Both the position numbers and the translations under genes were made by a program. A DNA stretch of 63,257 bases, from positions 1-63,257 of the IMG/VR virus record IMGVR_UViG_3300020129_000255; one strand, given 5' to 3'. Under the pieces are notes generated by a model. That model did no database searches, was not told the DNA's origin, and was given only the letters and a program-made list of their open reading frames with translations. This document shows, one piece after another, positions 47,942 through 57,857 of the stretch; positions within the stretch are counted from its first letter, which is position 1; each line of letters begins with the position of its first letter. Origin of the DNA: a virus (Duplodnaviria; Caudoviricetes).

Positions 47942-48154
47942 CTAATCAGTGTTGACCTTCGACGCCGGAGGAGTGCGAAGCCATTGGCGCAGCTGATCTA
48001 GGCAGCCACCGCAGATCTCTGTGTTGTCACGGAATGGGGCGAGGTTGTCGGGGTATTCGTTTTGCTGAGCCTCGATAGAGAGCCTGTAGAACTTAAGATA
48101 GACCCGCGTTTCGGTGCTTCCCCCGCAGCGATCGCACTTCTGGTACGTAGCCAT
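47942..48154 (-). CDS. Small Zn-finger protein
   Basis: CDRCG...ICGGC. Confidence 0.7.
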   Translation of the reverse strand: MATYQKCDRCGGSTETRVYLKFYRLSIEAQQNEYPDNLAPFRDNTEICGGCLDQLRQWLRTPPASKVNTD

Positions 48155-48231
48155 TCGCTTCCCCCAACAAAGTGTGAGCAGGATCAGAGACGGTCCTCGA
48201 CGAACCGTCTCCGTACCTCAACGATCACTCG

Positions 48232-48843
48232 TTACTGACTTTCCCACATGCGCTGGACGTTCTTGTAGTACTTATTGTTCGACGCAGTCACGATGTTGCT
48301 GAAGCGGCGAGCGCGCAGACGATCCGTGAAGGCGCCGTCTTTGTCTGCCGACAGGCTAACCACCACTTCGGTGTTGGTGACAACGTCGTTCAGGTACGCG
48401 CCAACTTCGTCGAAGGTGGTCGGTGCTCCGAGGTCGGTGGTGTGACCCTGTTCGGTCGCAAAGCCAACGAGCTCTTGGATCGTGCCGTCGCCCTTCGAGT
48501 TCCGTACGTTCCGAGCGTACTTCGCACGTTCGGACATGCCCGTGGTGCCGTCTTCCTTCACCGTGGGCTCATCCGAGATCGTGTTGGGATCGACCTGTGG
48601 GTTTGCCACGTACGCCGCCGGCGGGAAGATGTCCAGCCGATCTTCGAGACCAGTGTCGAGCGAACGGAACGCCACGCTGAGGAACGGCGTGCCCTTCGTC
48701 TTGCTGGTGCCGGTGGTCACGCCCGTGATCGTTGCCCGGTGCGCTTGCGGCTTTGGTGACGGCTTATCCGGTGCGGGAGTGTTGGGAAAGAAGCCCCCTG
48801 CGCCTCCCGTCTCCAGTGCTGTCTCTGTTGCTTCGTTGCTCAT
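48232..48843 (-). CDS. Putative ssDNA-binding (OB-fold) protein
   Basis: ATITGV....SK.KGTPFL...F strand pattern, downstream of the recombination ATPase. Confidence 0.55.
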   Translation of the reverse strand: MSNEATETALETGGAGGFFPNTPAPDKPSPKPQAHRATITGVTTGTSKTKGTPFLSVAFRSLDTGLEDRLDIFPPAAYVANPQVDPNTISDEPTVKEDGTTGMSERAKYARNVRNSKGDGTIQELVGFATEQGHTTDLGAPTTFDEVGAYLNDVVTNTEVVVSLSADKDGAFTDRLRARRFSNIVTASNNKYYKNVQRMWESQ

Positions 48844-49107
48844 TCTAATCGTCCTCCTAAGTTTGGGTCTACGTAGACCTTCCATCAGTTCTTCTGGTGG
48901 AATCTGCTGTCACATCGTAACGTTACGTTGCACGTACGTTCGTCACGTCACGGAGTGACTGAAAGTGTTAAAATAATCCTCGCGCCCGTTTCAGCGCGTA
49001 GTGCTCGCAACTCATGCCGTACTCCGCAGAGGCGACGAAAACTGTTATCCACCGACCAGACAGACCCTGGAACGAGTACTGCGTTCCGAAGTGGTCAGCG
49101 AGAACCA

Positions 49108-49332
49108 TCAAACGTTTACGTCTGGACGCTGAGCCTCGTACGGAACCCGACCCCTTCCCCCGGCTCGCCAGCTGCGTCCCTTGCGGCTTAAACGTTTCTG
49201 TTCTCTTTGCATCGTGAGGTGCTCGTCGCATAGCCATTGACTCATCCCCCTTGGTCGTCCACAGGTAACGCAATTCCCATCGCGGCGTTGCTTCCGCGCC
49301 CAACGCTCTCTCGGTTCGAGGGCCTTTGTCAT
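49108..49332 (-). CDS. Small basic Zn-finger protein
   Basis: G.CVTCG...LCDEH. Confidence 0.65.
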   Translation of the reverse strand: MTKALEPRERWARKQRRDGNCVTCGRPRGMSQWLCDEHLTMQREQKRLSRKGRSWRAGGRGRVPYEAQRPDVNV

Positions 49333-50243
49333 CAGCCGACCTTGCCAGCCTTCACGCGCTCCCAGAGAGCCCGCAGATCGGCCTGTTCCTTTGGCTTCAC
49401 GATGCCCTTACCCACCAGCAACTTAGACATCTTGTAACGCGCAAAACGTTCAATGTAGTACGTATCGTCTTTACCTTTTTCATCTTTCTTGACGTACGCT
49501 TCACGATCGGTCTCAGTCAACAGGACACGCTGGTTCCCGACTTTCCGAAGGCAAAGCACCCATTCGGCGTCCGCGCGTACCATCTTGCTCATGCCCTGAG
49601 GAAGATCAGGTTGCTTGAGCGTGGTCTTACCTTCTTCCCAGCTACGCTCCAACGCTACGAGGATGAGGTTCATCGGCTTCTGCAGCGCGGAGAGCTGAAG
49701 CATCTCTCGCAGGTCGTCCTTGGCGCCCTTGGACTTCCGGCGGATGTCAGCGATCTCGCGGCCGGAGGCGTCCACAGAGTTGTCATCGTTCAGAATGTCG
49801 TTGGCCTGGGTGAGATCGTCCACGACGAGCGTGCGGTTCGACAGCTCAGCCCACTCGGGCCAGATGGCCTCGGGATACATGAGCGCATACTTCAACATCT
49901 CCGATGTGTTCGCGTGGAACAGCTTGTAGCCGAGACCCTTGAGCGGCGTGGCCTGCTCCTTTTGCCGGGTCATAATGATTCGAGTGTTCTCTGGCGTATC
50001 GAAGGTCGCCGCGGTGACTGTCTTGCCGGCGTCAATATCTCCATACAGCAGGCAGCGGAACCACGGGGACGTGAGCTCGTCAGCCTCGAACTTCTGCGCT
50101 TGGACCTTCACCATCACGTGGGCGGGGATCGCCGCGGCCAGCACCTTGTTGACCTGCTGCGAGAGCGGCTGCGCCACCTGTGCGGGTACAGGCGATACTG
50201 TCACCGTCGGAGTAGCCTTACCTGTTATGTCTACTGTAGTCAT
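49332..50243 (-). CDS. AAA_24/Sak4-like recombination ATPase
   Basis: LLYGDIDAGKT Walker A and LVVDDLT Walker B, next to nuclease and SSB-like genes. Confidence 0.8.
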   Translation of the reverse strand: MTTVDITGKATPTVTVSPVPAQVAQPLSQQVNKVLAAAIPAHVMVKVQAQKFEADELTSPWFRCLLYGDIDAGKTVTAATFDTPENTRIIMTRQKEQATPLKGLGYKLFHANTSEMLKYALMYPEAIWPEWAELSNRTLVVDDLTQANDILNDDNSVDASGREIADIRRKSKGAKDDLREMLQLSALQKPMNLILVALERSWEEGKTTLKQPDLPQGMSKMVRADAEWVLCLRKVGNQRVLLTETDREAYVKKDEKGKDDTYYIERFARYKMSKLLVGKGIVKPKEQADLRALWERVKAGKVG

Positions 50244-50432
50244 CTAGCGTGTCTCCTGTCTGCGTGCGTAAATCGCATCCTGCGTCTGCTGCTCCAACGT
50301 CTCCTTGACGCTGACGTTGCCTGGGTGGTCCAGCAGGTCAGCACGTTCCAACGTGTTCCGCAGATCGGTGAGCTTCGAGACCTGGTTGGCGTGCCAAACG
50401 AGCTGAGCTTGAATCGATTCGCCTAATGTCAT
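50244..50432 (-). CDS. Small hypothetical protein (possibly leaderless)
   Basis: ATG lies 7 nt downstream of a -10 box. Confidence 0.55.
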   Translation of the reverse strand: MTLGESIQAQLVWHANQVSKLTDLRNTLERADLLDHPGNVSVKETLEQQTQDAIYARRQETR

Positions 50433-50439
50433 GTTCTGT

Positions 50440-50468
50440 ACCCTACCATCCGTACGTTTATTTGTCAA
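50440..50468 (-). promoter_or_regulatory. Sigma70 promoter
   Basis: TTGACA-17 nt-TAGGGT with extended TG. Confidence 0.6.
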
Positions 50469-51417
50469 TAGGAAACGTACGCTGCCGATACACGGCCGCG
50501 AGGCCCGCGTGGAGCACCGTCCCCACCTGCGTAGCCAACGACTCCTCCGACTTCGCATGGCCCTCGTATTCGATTCGGTGTTTCTCCGCGCAGAGGCTGG
50601 CGGTTTGGTAGGCCGACTGCGACAGAACGATTAGCTCGGGGTCCGCGATGTCTAGCCCCAACAGCTCCGCTGCTACGAAGCCCGGGTCGGTGGCGTGGAA
50701 CGCCACTGGCTTCGACGGGGGATGCGCGTGGCGCCGGCAGATGCCCAGGTGGACACAGTCGCTCCCGTACTGGTTGAAGCAATGCTTCCCCTGGAGTTGG
50801 TACGGCACCAGGCCGGAGCGGCGCATGGCGCGCAGCGCAGCTGCTTTGACCAGCAGGGCATCGCGCGTCGAGTCAAGCACGGTCTGCGGGAACGCGAAGA
50901 ATCCGTCTTCCCACCGCTTCGGCCAAACCTCGTAGGGAATGTCCTTGTTGATCGCGCGCACGATGGTCCGAGGCTCAGCAACGTTGAGTCGGACCCACTC
51001 AGATCCGTTCCAGAACTGCCCCTCGCGTTGGGCGAGCGAGTACACCGCCAGCTGCGGCCCCTGACTGATCTCTTCGAGCCAGTCGAACTCTGTCTGGCCC
51101 TTGTACGCCTGCCCATCCTTGCGGATCTGCGGAGCCTTCTTGCTCTTCCACTCGGACGACACGGGACCGACACTGTCGCGTGCAATGCGATCACACTGCC
51201 CGACGATGATGGTGTGCTCGTCGAGATAGATTGCGAATGGGGCCTCCACGAGCAGCGATGGCCACGCGCTATCCGGCCGCTTCGGCATATCCTTGATCCA
51301 AGCCTCGACCAACTTCGCGCCGGCCTCGCGCGCCACTGGGGAGACATCGCAGGCAACGATTGCGTCGAGCACTTCGCCCATTCTAATGTCCGCTTTCACG
51401 TAGGGTTTCCCGTCCAT
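50458..51417 (-). CDS. PD-(D/E)XK Cas4/RecB-like nuclease, circularly permuted
   Basis: VE.PF, GQCDRI, EWKS, QLAVY and C-x7-C-x5-C. The usual N-terminal S.S...C...GT..H block sits at the C-terminus. Confidence 0.85.
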   Translation of the reverse strand: MDGKPYVKADIRMGEVLDAIVACDVSPVAREAGAKLVEAWIKDMPKRPDSAWPSLLVEAPFAIYLDEHTIIVGQCDRIARDSVGPVSSEWKSKKAPQIRKDGQAYKGQTEFDWLEEISQGPQLAVYSLAQREGQFWNGSEWVRLNVAEPRTIVRAINKDIPYEVWPKRWEDGFFAFPQTVLDSTRDALLVKAAALRAMRRSGLVPYQLQGKHCFNQYGSDCVHLGICRRHAHPPSKPVAFHATDPGFVAAELLGLDIADPELIVLSQSAYQTASLCAEKHRIEYEGHAKSEESLATQVGTVLHAGLAAVYRQRTFPIDK

Positions 51418-52334
51418 AACTGCTTCCTATTTCGCAAGTTCCAACCAGCCTCTTGTAAGACACAAAAATGTGCTCGTTCACGCCAATTCAACTCGTTTTT
51501 CGGGTAAGGCCCAAACAGTTCAAACGATGGGCTATCACCGCGCAAACGAATTTCATCAATCAGATGTCGAGTGCAGGGGTCACCCCCACGTAGGTGTGTC
51601 TTTACCCGTGCCAACTCTAACCCAACCGTCTGTCCGACGTAACCGACAGTTCCGCTCAGATTCAGACGCGATGGACGTATTAGATAAATGTAACCCTTGC
51701 GGTCGTCGGTGTCATCTTCGTCTTCGACCTTTACGCTTACGTCTGGCTGTCGCCGTTGAGGAACTTTGCTTTTAACATACTTCACTGCGTCCAAGAGCGT
51801 CTCAAGATAGCCCTTCATTTCTCGATATGAATTCTCATTTTTTCTTGGCTGCCAGTATACGGCTGGAAAAGTTTCGTACAAACGACAAAAACACTTAGCA
51901 ACGTTAATTCTCATTCTCAGGCAAACGAGGGCCGCAGCACACCCTTTTCTTGTGGTTTGTCTAATTCTGCTGTCGTCATTATATGCATACATCCAACCCA
52001 AAATTCCTGCCCGTCGTGCACCATCACGATCTGTAAAACATTTAAGACTTAATCTACTTTTCAGAATAATAAAAAGGTCCTTTGTAACATTCTCGGGAAG
52101 AACAAAATTATCACGCGGCCAGCTAACTTCAAATCTGGGCTCCCAAGAATGATATGTAGGTTTGTCTACAAATTTCCGATCATCACCAGAGATAACGTAA
52201 TACCCGCTAAACATATAGTCAAAACCGATAGTTCCTTTTCCGTTCAAATACGGAAGCACGCCCGACACGACGAAAAGTTTATCGTCATCCTCGAAATGAA
52301 CTTGTCCGTGTATCACGTTCCGTATTCTCTCCAC
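51396..52334 (-). CDS. GIY-YIG endonuclease (C-terminal catalytic domain)
   Basis: GYIYLI...YVGQT...R..H...E...N. AT-rich DNA. Confidence 0.8.
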   Translation of the reverse strand: MERIRNVIHGQVHFEDDDKLFVVSGVLPYLNGKGTIGFDYMFSGYYVISGDDRKFVDKPTYHSWEPRFEVSWPRDNFVLPENVTKDLFIILKSRLSLKCFTDRDGARRAGILGWMYAYNDDSRIRQTTRKGCAAALVCLRMRINVAKCFCRLYETFPAVYWQPRKNENSYREMKGYLETLLDAVKYVKSKVPQRRQPDVSVKVEDEDDTDDRKGYIYLIRPSRLNLSGTVGYVGQTVGLELARVKTHLRGGDPCTRHLIDEIRLRGDSPSFELFGPYPKNELNWRERAHFCVLQEAGWNLRNRKQLWTGNPT

Positions 52335-52543
52335 GTCCCGTACGCCACCAGCTGATCAGTCGTGCGTGCCATCCCCACAGCCATCTCTCTGCCCTGCCGG
52401 GAGACCCTGCCGCGGATGGTCATCTCGTCGGCGAAGCACCGCTGGCAACGCTGCGCAGCACGGGTCTTCAGTCGCCCACAGGCGCACGGCCCTACGCGAC
52501 CTTTCCCGTGGGACTGTGTACGTTGCGTTGGGCTATGCGTCAC
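52313..52543 (-). CDS. Small Cys-motif protein
   Basis: CACG...CQRC. Confidence 0.55.
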   Translation of the reverse strand: MTHSPTQRTQSHGKGRVGPCACGRLKTRAAQRCQRCFADEMTIRGRVSRQGREMAVGMARTTDQLVAYGTWREYGT

Positions 52544-53367
52544 GCGGTACGTCCAAGAATCGCATCGAGAATCTTCCTGCCTTCTACGAATGGAACCTGC
52601 ATCCCAGCGGCGTTCTTATGCCCGCCACCACCGTACGTCTTGGCGATTGCCGACACATCCAAATCCCCGCGAGAACGTAAGCTAAACTGAATGAAGCTAT
52701 CTCCTCGCTCGAACCAGCCCATCCCAATCTCTGCATGCCGACACAACACCTCGCCGACCTCAGAAATGTTCATGTATTGAGCGTTGACGATTGCAACAGA
52801 GCGACCAGCAAGCGAGCCAAGCTGTCTCTGAGCTACAGCCTTTTCGATATAATGGTCAACGTGGAGCTTGATTGCCCTGCCCTTGTCCGCGGCCTGCTCA
52901 GGAGTAATGGTATCTAGCTCAGCCCAAGCCTCAACCGTATGAGGAAGCGCCATAATGTAGGACGATATTTCACGTGAGAGCGGAAGTTTCCAATTCCAGA
53001 GGTCTCGATCCTCCACATAACTGACCCACCAAGGACGTTCTTCCGCGAAGAGGTAATCCCACGCCAACCCAGCACCGCTTCGTCCCATATCAAAGGTAAC
53101 AAAGGGAAGACCACGCAATTCAGCCTCAGCAGTCTTGTGGTGATCGTAGATATGAAAGGACTTCGCGAAGGAACACAGCTGTTCGTTCTCGGCACGGTGG
53201 CGCCAAGAGAAGTCTACGACTAAGACATCCTTCCCGTAGACCTCTTCGTACGGTACTGGTTCACCGTAGGTCTTAGGAAGCAGCGCAGCTTCTGGATACC
53301 GACGTTTCGCTATAACCGCTGCGCCAAATCCGTCAGGACAGTCCTTATGGTAAATAATTAAGTCCAT
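52540..53367 (-). CDS. DHH/DHHA1 phosphoesterase
   Basis: YH..CPDG, VDFS, DHH, DRDLW, SLRS and GGGGH..AAG. Confidence 0.92.
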   Translation of the reverse strand: MDLIIYHKDCPDGFGAAVIAKRRYPEAALLPKTYGEPVPYEEVYGKDVLVVDFSWRHRAENEQLCSFAKSFHIYDHHKTAEAELRGLPFVTFDMGRSGAGLAWDYLFAEERPWWVSYVEDRDLWNWKLPLSREISSYIMALPHTVEAWAELDTITPEQAADKGRAIKLHVDHYIEKAVAQRQLGSLAGRSVAIVNAQYMNISEVGEVLCRHAEIGMGWFERGDSFIQFSLRSRGDLDVSAIAKTYGGGGHKNAAGMQVPFVEGRKILDAILGRTA

Positions 53368-54600
53368 ACTAGCGTCACCTCGTCAGTATCTGCTACGATA
53401 AAGATACCCTCCAACGCGGCCTCCTCCTGCCGCACCTGATGGCCAGCTTCGTCCCCCACGGGGCTGGTCATCCAAACTTAAGCTTTGACAATTGCATCAG
53501 GCGCCTGCGCCACAGCTCTCCACATCCGGTCCCGCACGGGCTGAACAGCTCGACAGCTGTCCCGATGGACGTCTACCTCGAACTTGCTGGCGAATGGCCT
53601 GCGGCAGAACGCACACACGCGATCGCTCCGGGGCCAGCTTCCCTCGGCACCGTAGGCCTCGTAGCCGATCTGGGGATACGTTTTCCAGTAGAAGTTGGTT
53701 GGCGTACGTGTCATTTGACCCTCCATCGCATCAATGATGGCCTGCTTAGTTCCTTACGAATCGCCGGCTCGAAAACAGCCAACATTCGCTCACTCATCTG
53801 TTCCGTCATTGACTTCACATGGATTTTCCGCAGGACCTCAGTGAGACGCTTGCGCACGAGCCGTGTCAACTTATGGTTCGCCAAGACCATACGCAGCATC
53901 TGCTCAGCCTCGACCGCCCGCTCGGTATGTTCAGTTAGCTTCTGCTGGAGGTCTACGTTCCGTTGACGCAAAGTAGGTTTGCGATAGCGAAACTTCTTCT
54001 GTCCATAAATTGGATACATCAGCTTCATCCAAGCACCCACGCCAGCAAGCTGGCAATAGCTAAGCCGATCAGCACCCCAACAAAGAACTCTGCGTGCTCG
54101 CTTACCTTTGACACATCAGCTCCGTATCCTCGCGCAACGGGACCAGACGGTACTCGCCTGTCAGCGTATCGCGTAAACATTGGTTCCAGCAGACGTCGCA
54201 GGGCGAATCCAGCTCATAGATGCACCGCTCCGCCGCCTGCCCGTGGGAGTAGGCTTCGCCGCAGAGGACGCACAGGTGAGCGCAGCGAAGCTCCGCTTCA
54301 GTTGACACGTTCGCTCCTCGACCTCACACGAACGAACTCATGCCAAACGTGCCGGCGCAGGTGGACCTTCTCCAGCTTATGCCGCCAAGTCCCCCTGTGA
54401 CCGGGATTGCACTGATCGCCCTCGCAGACCAGCAGCGCCCGGCGATGCTCCGGCGAGACCTCAACTTCGTTACCGTAGACCCGCGGGGTTCCGCACGCAG
54501 TGCAGCGGAAAATGGCCTCGTGCTCAGCGAGCGGTGTAGACTCATCGTCCACGCGCGGCGGTGCCTGAGGCGGTCTTGCTGGATGGCTCATTCCACTCAT
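53364..54600 (-). other. Small early genes (53478-53714, 53711-54040, 54102-54308, 54298-54600), several with Zn-finger Cys pairs
   Basis: Coupled minus-strand ORFs downstream of xis. Confidence 0.55.
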
Positions 54601-54794
54601 GCTGGCACCGCAACGGACTCACGTTTCGCTTGCCGCTTCGCTACTCGTTCTCTCACGGCCGATGCGGAGATCCGCCAGGTGTCTGCCTCTTTGTGAGCCG
54701 GCAGCTTCGCCGACCAAACCAGTCGATACAGGTAGTCGATTGAGATACCCAGCTGCCTGCTCGCCTCCGATGCCGTCAGATATTTTTCGTCCAT
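54597..54794 (-). CDS. Excisionase-type HTH protein
   Basis: YLTASEASRQLGIS...LYRL....KLPA.K....WRI (HTH_17), adjacent to attP/int. Confidence 0.85.
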   Translation of the reverse strand: MDEKYLTASEASRQLGISIDYLYRLVWSAKLPAHKEADTWRISASAVRERVAKRQAKRESVAVPA

Positions 54795-54821
54795 CCCAAA
54801 CCTCCAGTTCGAGCGTGGTAC

Positions 54822-54850
54822 AGTCTAACGTACGTTCATCCGTATGTCAA
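54822..54850 (-). promoter_or_regulatory. Sigma70 promoter for the xis operon
   Basis: TTGACA-17 nt-TAGACT. Confidence 0.75.
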
Positions 54851-54910
54851 TGCGGAAGTTTCGATGTTAGGTAGTCGCGTAGCGAATAGTGCACGCAAGG
54901 TATCACGCAG

Positions 54911-55078
54911 CGGCACGAAAAAACCACGTGCCGGAAAAGCGCAACGGGGGGAATGGGGCCTGCGGCCCCGGGCCAAGCTGTCAGGTTCTTTTGCTGGAAA
55001 ACTGGACAGGCGCGGGTGACGGCCTACCCTTCCTTCCCCGCTGGGTTTTTCCGCCGCCGCGCAGCGGTCGGCGCTGCC
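54911..55078 (+). ncRNA. Candidate structured RNA (multi-branch)
   Basis: Nested complementary stems with G-U pairs in an intergenic region (see findings). Confidence 0.45.
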
Positions 55079-55081
55079 TGA

Positions 55082-55277
55082 TTCGAGGACGTTCGAGGAC
55101 AATTTCCGAAGTCCAAAATCGAGTCCAACTGTGTCGTACGGGGCTACATTAGCCCGAATTAGGCATGACTTATCAACGTGACATTACCATGGATTAGATG
55201 GGTAAGTTAACGTCTAGCTCACCTAAGCTCTGCTTAGTCAAAGACTTAGCTTCGTTCGAGTCCACATTCGAGTCCAC
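55082..55277. other. Putative attP with arm-type repeats
   Basis: TTCGAGGAC x2 (55082, 55092), TCGAGTCCA (55119) and TTCGAGTCCAC x2 (55255, 55267) flank an AT-richer core between xis and int. Confidence 0.7.
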
Positions 55278-55354
55278 AACTGGCTGTTTGTCATCTGGAT
55301 GACCAGCTAGGTACTGGGCGCATTGTTCGAGAAGGGCTTCAAATGGGTCCATCG

Positions 55355-56545
55355 TCAGTTCACTCTCGTCGCTGGCGGTACGCCATCCAGCAGCTCGCCG
55401 ATCCACTCTGCGAAGACCTTGTTGTCGCCGGAGATGGCGTGCGTGTAGATGTTCATCGTGAGGTCTGCGTTGGCGTGGCCGAGGCGCTCCTGACGGGCCT
55501 TCATCGGGAGACCGGCTTGGTCGAGGAAGGTGGCGTTCGCGTGCCGGAAGGCGTGAAGGCCTTTGCGCGGGAGGCCAAGCTCCGCTAGGAACGGGTAGAA
55601 GATGCGTCGTAGGAAGTGATTGTACCTTACGGGTCTGCCGCGGTGCCCGAGGAACATCGGTCCGCTCGTGGCTAGTTGGGCGAGCTCGCGTGTGAGCGCG
55701 GATGATAAGTAAAACGTACGCTCCCCAGCGCGGGACTTTGTCTCGACGACCTCGCCGTTCCACAGGGAGCGGCTGACGCGGAGGGTGCCGTCTGTGGAGC
55801 AGAAGTCTTCCCATCGTAGGCCAAAGATTTCCCCTGCGCGCATGCCGGTCTCCGTCAGGATACGGTAGAGGAGGCGGTCCTGGCCAGAGCTGCGCGCGAG
55901 GATTAGCCTAATCTCCTCGATGGTGAAGTAGGGGCGGGCGCTGCGGGTCTGGCGGGGAAGGCGCAGTCTGCGAAAGGGATCGTGGGTGTCGCGGACGTAG
56001 CCCCAGGCCTCTGCTGCGCGCCACATGATGCGCAGAGTCATCAGCACGTTTCGCGCGGAGTTGGCGCCGGTGCCGTGTTCGGCGAGGTGGGAGACGAAGC
56101 GCTGAAGCGTCTCGGTGTCGATCGTGGACATCTGGGCGTCGTGGAAGTATGGGAGGAGGTGCGTGCGTAGGTGAGAGCGCATTCCGGTCACCGTGGACGG
56201 TTTGTAGCCGGTAAGCGTCGCGGACCAGCGTTCGGCGAAGTCGCCGAATGTGGAGGCGCAGCGTGGAGCGTACGTGGGCTGGTTGATGCCGGCGCGCTTC
56301 AGCTCTTCGGCCAGGCGGCGAAGTGCGAGGCGTCGTGTGGGCAGCTCGGAGAGCCGACCCAACGTGACCGCGCGCTTCACCCTGCTGACCGTTCCCTGCG
56401 AGTCCACGATGTCCTCTCGGTACCTCCCGACCCAGACCTTGTCGCGTTTGCCGATGAGGCGGACGCTGCCCTGTTGGAATCTGCGACGAGCCATTCCCGG
56501 CCTCCCGCGAGGCGAGAGCCTACCATGAGATGGTTGGTCGGACAT
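55355..56545 (-). CDS. int: Tyrosine integrase
   Basis: TGMRAGE, TKS, HAFRH, LGH and IYTH catalytic set, plus an arm-binding N-terminus. Start is 56545 or 56494. Confidence 0.95.
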   Translation of the reverse strand: MSDQPSHGRLSPRGRPGMARRRFQQGSVRLIGKRDKVWVGRYREDIVDSQGTVSRVKRAVTLGRLSELPTRRLALRRLAEELKRAGINQPTYAPRCASTFGDFAERWSATLTGYKPSTVTGMRSHLRTHLLPYFHDAQMSTIDTETLQRFVSHLAEHGTGANSARNVLMTLRIMWRAAEAWGYVRDTHDPFRRLRLPRQTRSARPYFTIEEIRLILARSSGQDRLLYRILTETGMRAGEIFGLRWEDFCSTDGTLRVSRSLWNGEVVETKSRAGERTFYLSSALTRELAQLATSGPMFLGHRGRPVRYNHFLRRIFYPFLAELGLPRKGLHAFRHANATFLDQAGLPMKARQERLGHANADLTMNIYTHAISGDNKVFAEWIGELLDGVPPATRVN

Positions 56546-56585
56546 AGTCTTTTCTCCCGTCAGATGGAAACGTAAGGTCAAGTGC

Positions 56586-57828
56586 TCACTGTACGAGCCA
56601 AGCCAGGGTGCGCAGCACATCGTGGCCGCGAGAGGAGTGGCGGCGGGCGCCGACCTCTGTGCGAAGCGTTTGGTCGCATGTGGCGCACCAGGTCTCCCGT
56701 ACGTGCTGCGGAGGAAAGACCATCGTCACCAGTTGGGATGGTCCTTCCTTAGGTAAGGCTGCTGGTACATCTATGATCGGTACGTCTACGTCTACGGCGA
56801 CTGCTTGGCGCGGCCAGGTCTGCTGCATGGTGTTCGGTCCCCCGTGTTCCCCTCAGTGCGTGTGTCGTGCGTCACAGCAAAAGAATAAGAGCATGTCTCG
56901 TACCATTACTTTCCGCAAGGAATACAGGGAATGTCGTATTTTCGTCACCATGAGAACGTAACATTTCCGTCATCGTGTGCGGCGGCACGTGTGCAGGAAT
57001 GGTTACGGTTCGCGTCATTCTGCTGCTACCAAATTAACGATGCGTTGAAGGACATCTTGGAGCTCTGGGTCAGGCGTAGCTCCGGTGTTCCATTCGCTGT
57101 CGATGGCTCCGCAGAGGGGACAGGTACGTCGGCGATGTTCCTGTTCGGCGGCCTCTTCCCGTGCTCGTTGGGCGATCAAGGCCATCGCTTCGGCTGCGGT
57201 AGGGATGCGCATGGCCTACACTTCCTTCCAGATGTAGATGACAAATTTTTTGGTGTACTCGTTCGAGCGCTGCATGAAACACAATCGCCCATATTCGCGT
57301 TTGTTGCGGCGCTTCGCTGCCATCAGGCCAGAGATCCGCTTCTTCATTTCGTCTGCGGACTCGCAGTTCCACTCCAGGTGTGGGCTGAGGCCCGTCTCGA
57401 CGCTGGTGGGCTCCAGGCGCAGAGCCTTCGTTAGGATTGCTGTGTAGGTGCCCCCGCGAGTCGTAGACTCCACCATGGTTGGTTCGGTGACCACTCGGAT
57501 TCCTGGCGGTAAGTTTAGATCAAATTGGTGCTGAATGAGACCAGTAGTTTTGGTACCGCTTCGCGCTGACATGACTTCGTATCCTCCACTAAGTTTTCGC
57601 TTATGGCCCCCAGAAGTGCCGCGGACGTTACCACGTTGCCGCCTAGGTGTCAAGTGTTAACTGAGGGTTATGCTTTACCACATCTAAGAACTCCGCCAGA
57701 GCATCCTTTCGTATGGTGACGTACTCTCTAGCGTAGGTGTCCTCGTCGCGCGAGGTGATGGTAACGTTGCCCGGCTCTTCGAGTTCATATTGGAACACTG
57801 TGCCGTCAGATGCAATGTAATTTTTCAT
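56586..57828 (-). other. Four small genes upstream of int (56586-56828, 57015-57212, 57216-57653, 57643-57828)
   Basis: Minus-strand ORFs with RBSs; two carry Cys pairs. Confidence 0.6.
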
Positions 57829-57857
57829 GTACGTCCCCTCCGTACTTCAATGTACGT

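Noticed and set aside
39913-51507. Long plus-strand ORFs opposite the replication genes (e.g. 43761-44609, 49326-50426, 50695-51507)
   Set aside because: They are antisense shadows of well-supported minus-strand genes.
51396-52334. Group I intron splitting the nuclease gene
   Set aside because: No upstream exon is needed because the missing N-terminal block is at the C-terminus. The ORF overlaps its neighbours, leaving no room for a ribozyme core.
55082-55277. Short repeats as a mini-CRISPR array
   Set aside because: The repeats are 9-11 bp with irregular spacing and fit integrase arm sites. The Cas4-like nuclease sits in a recombination module.
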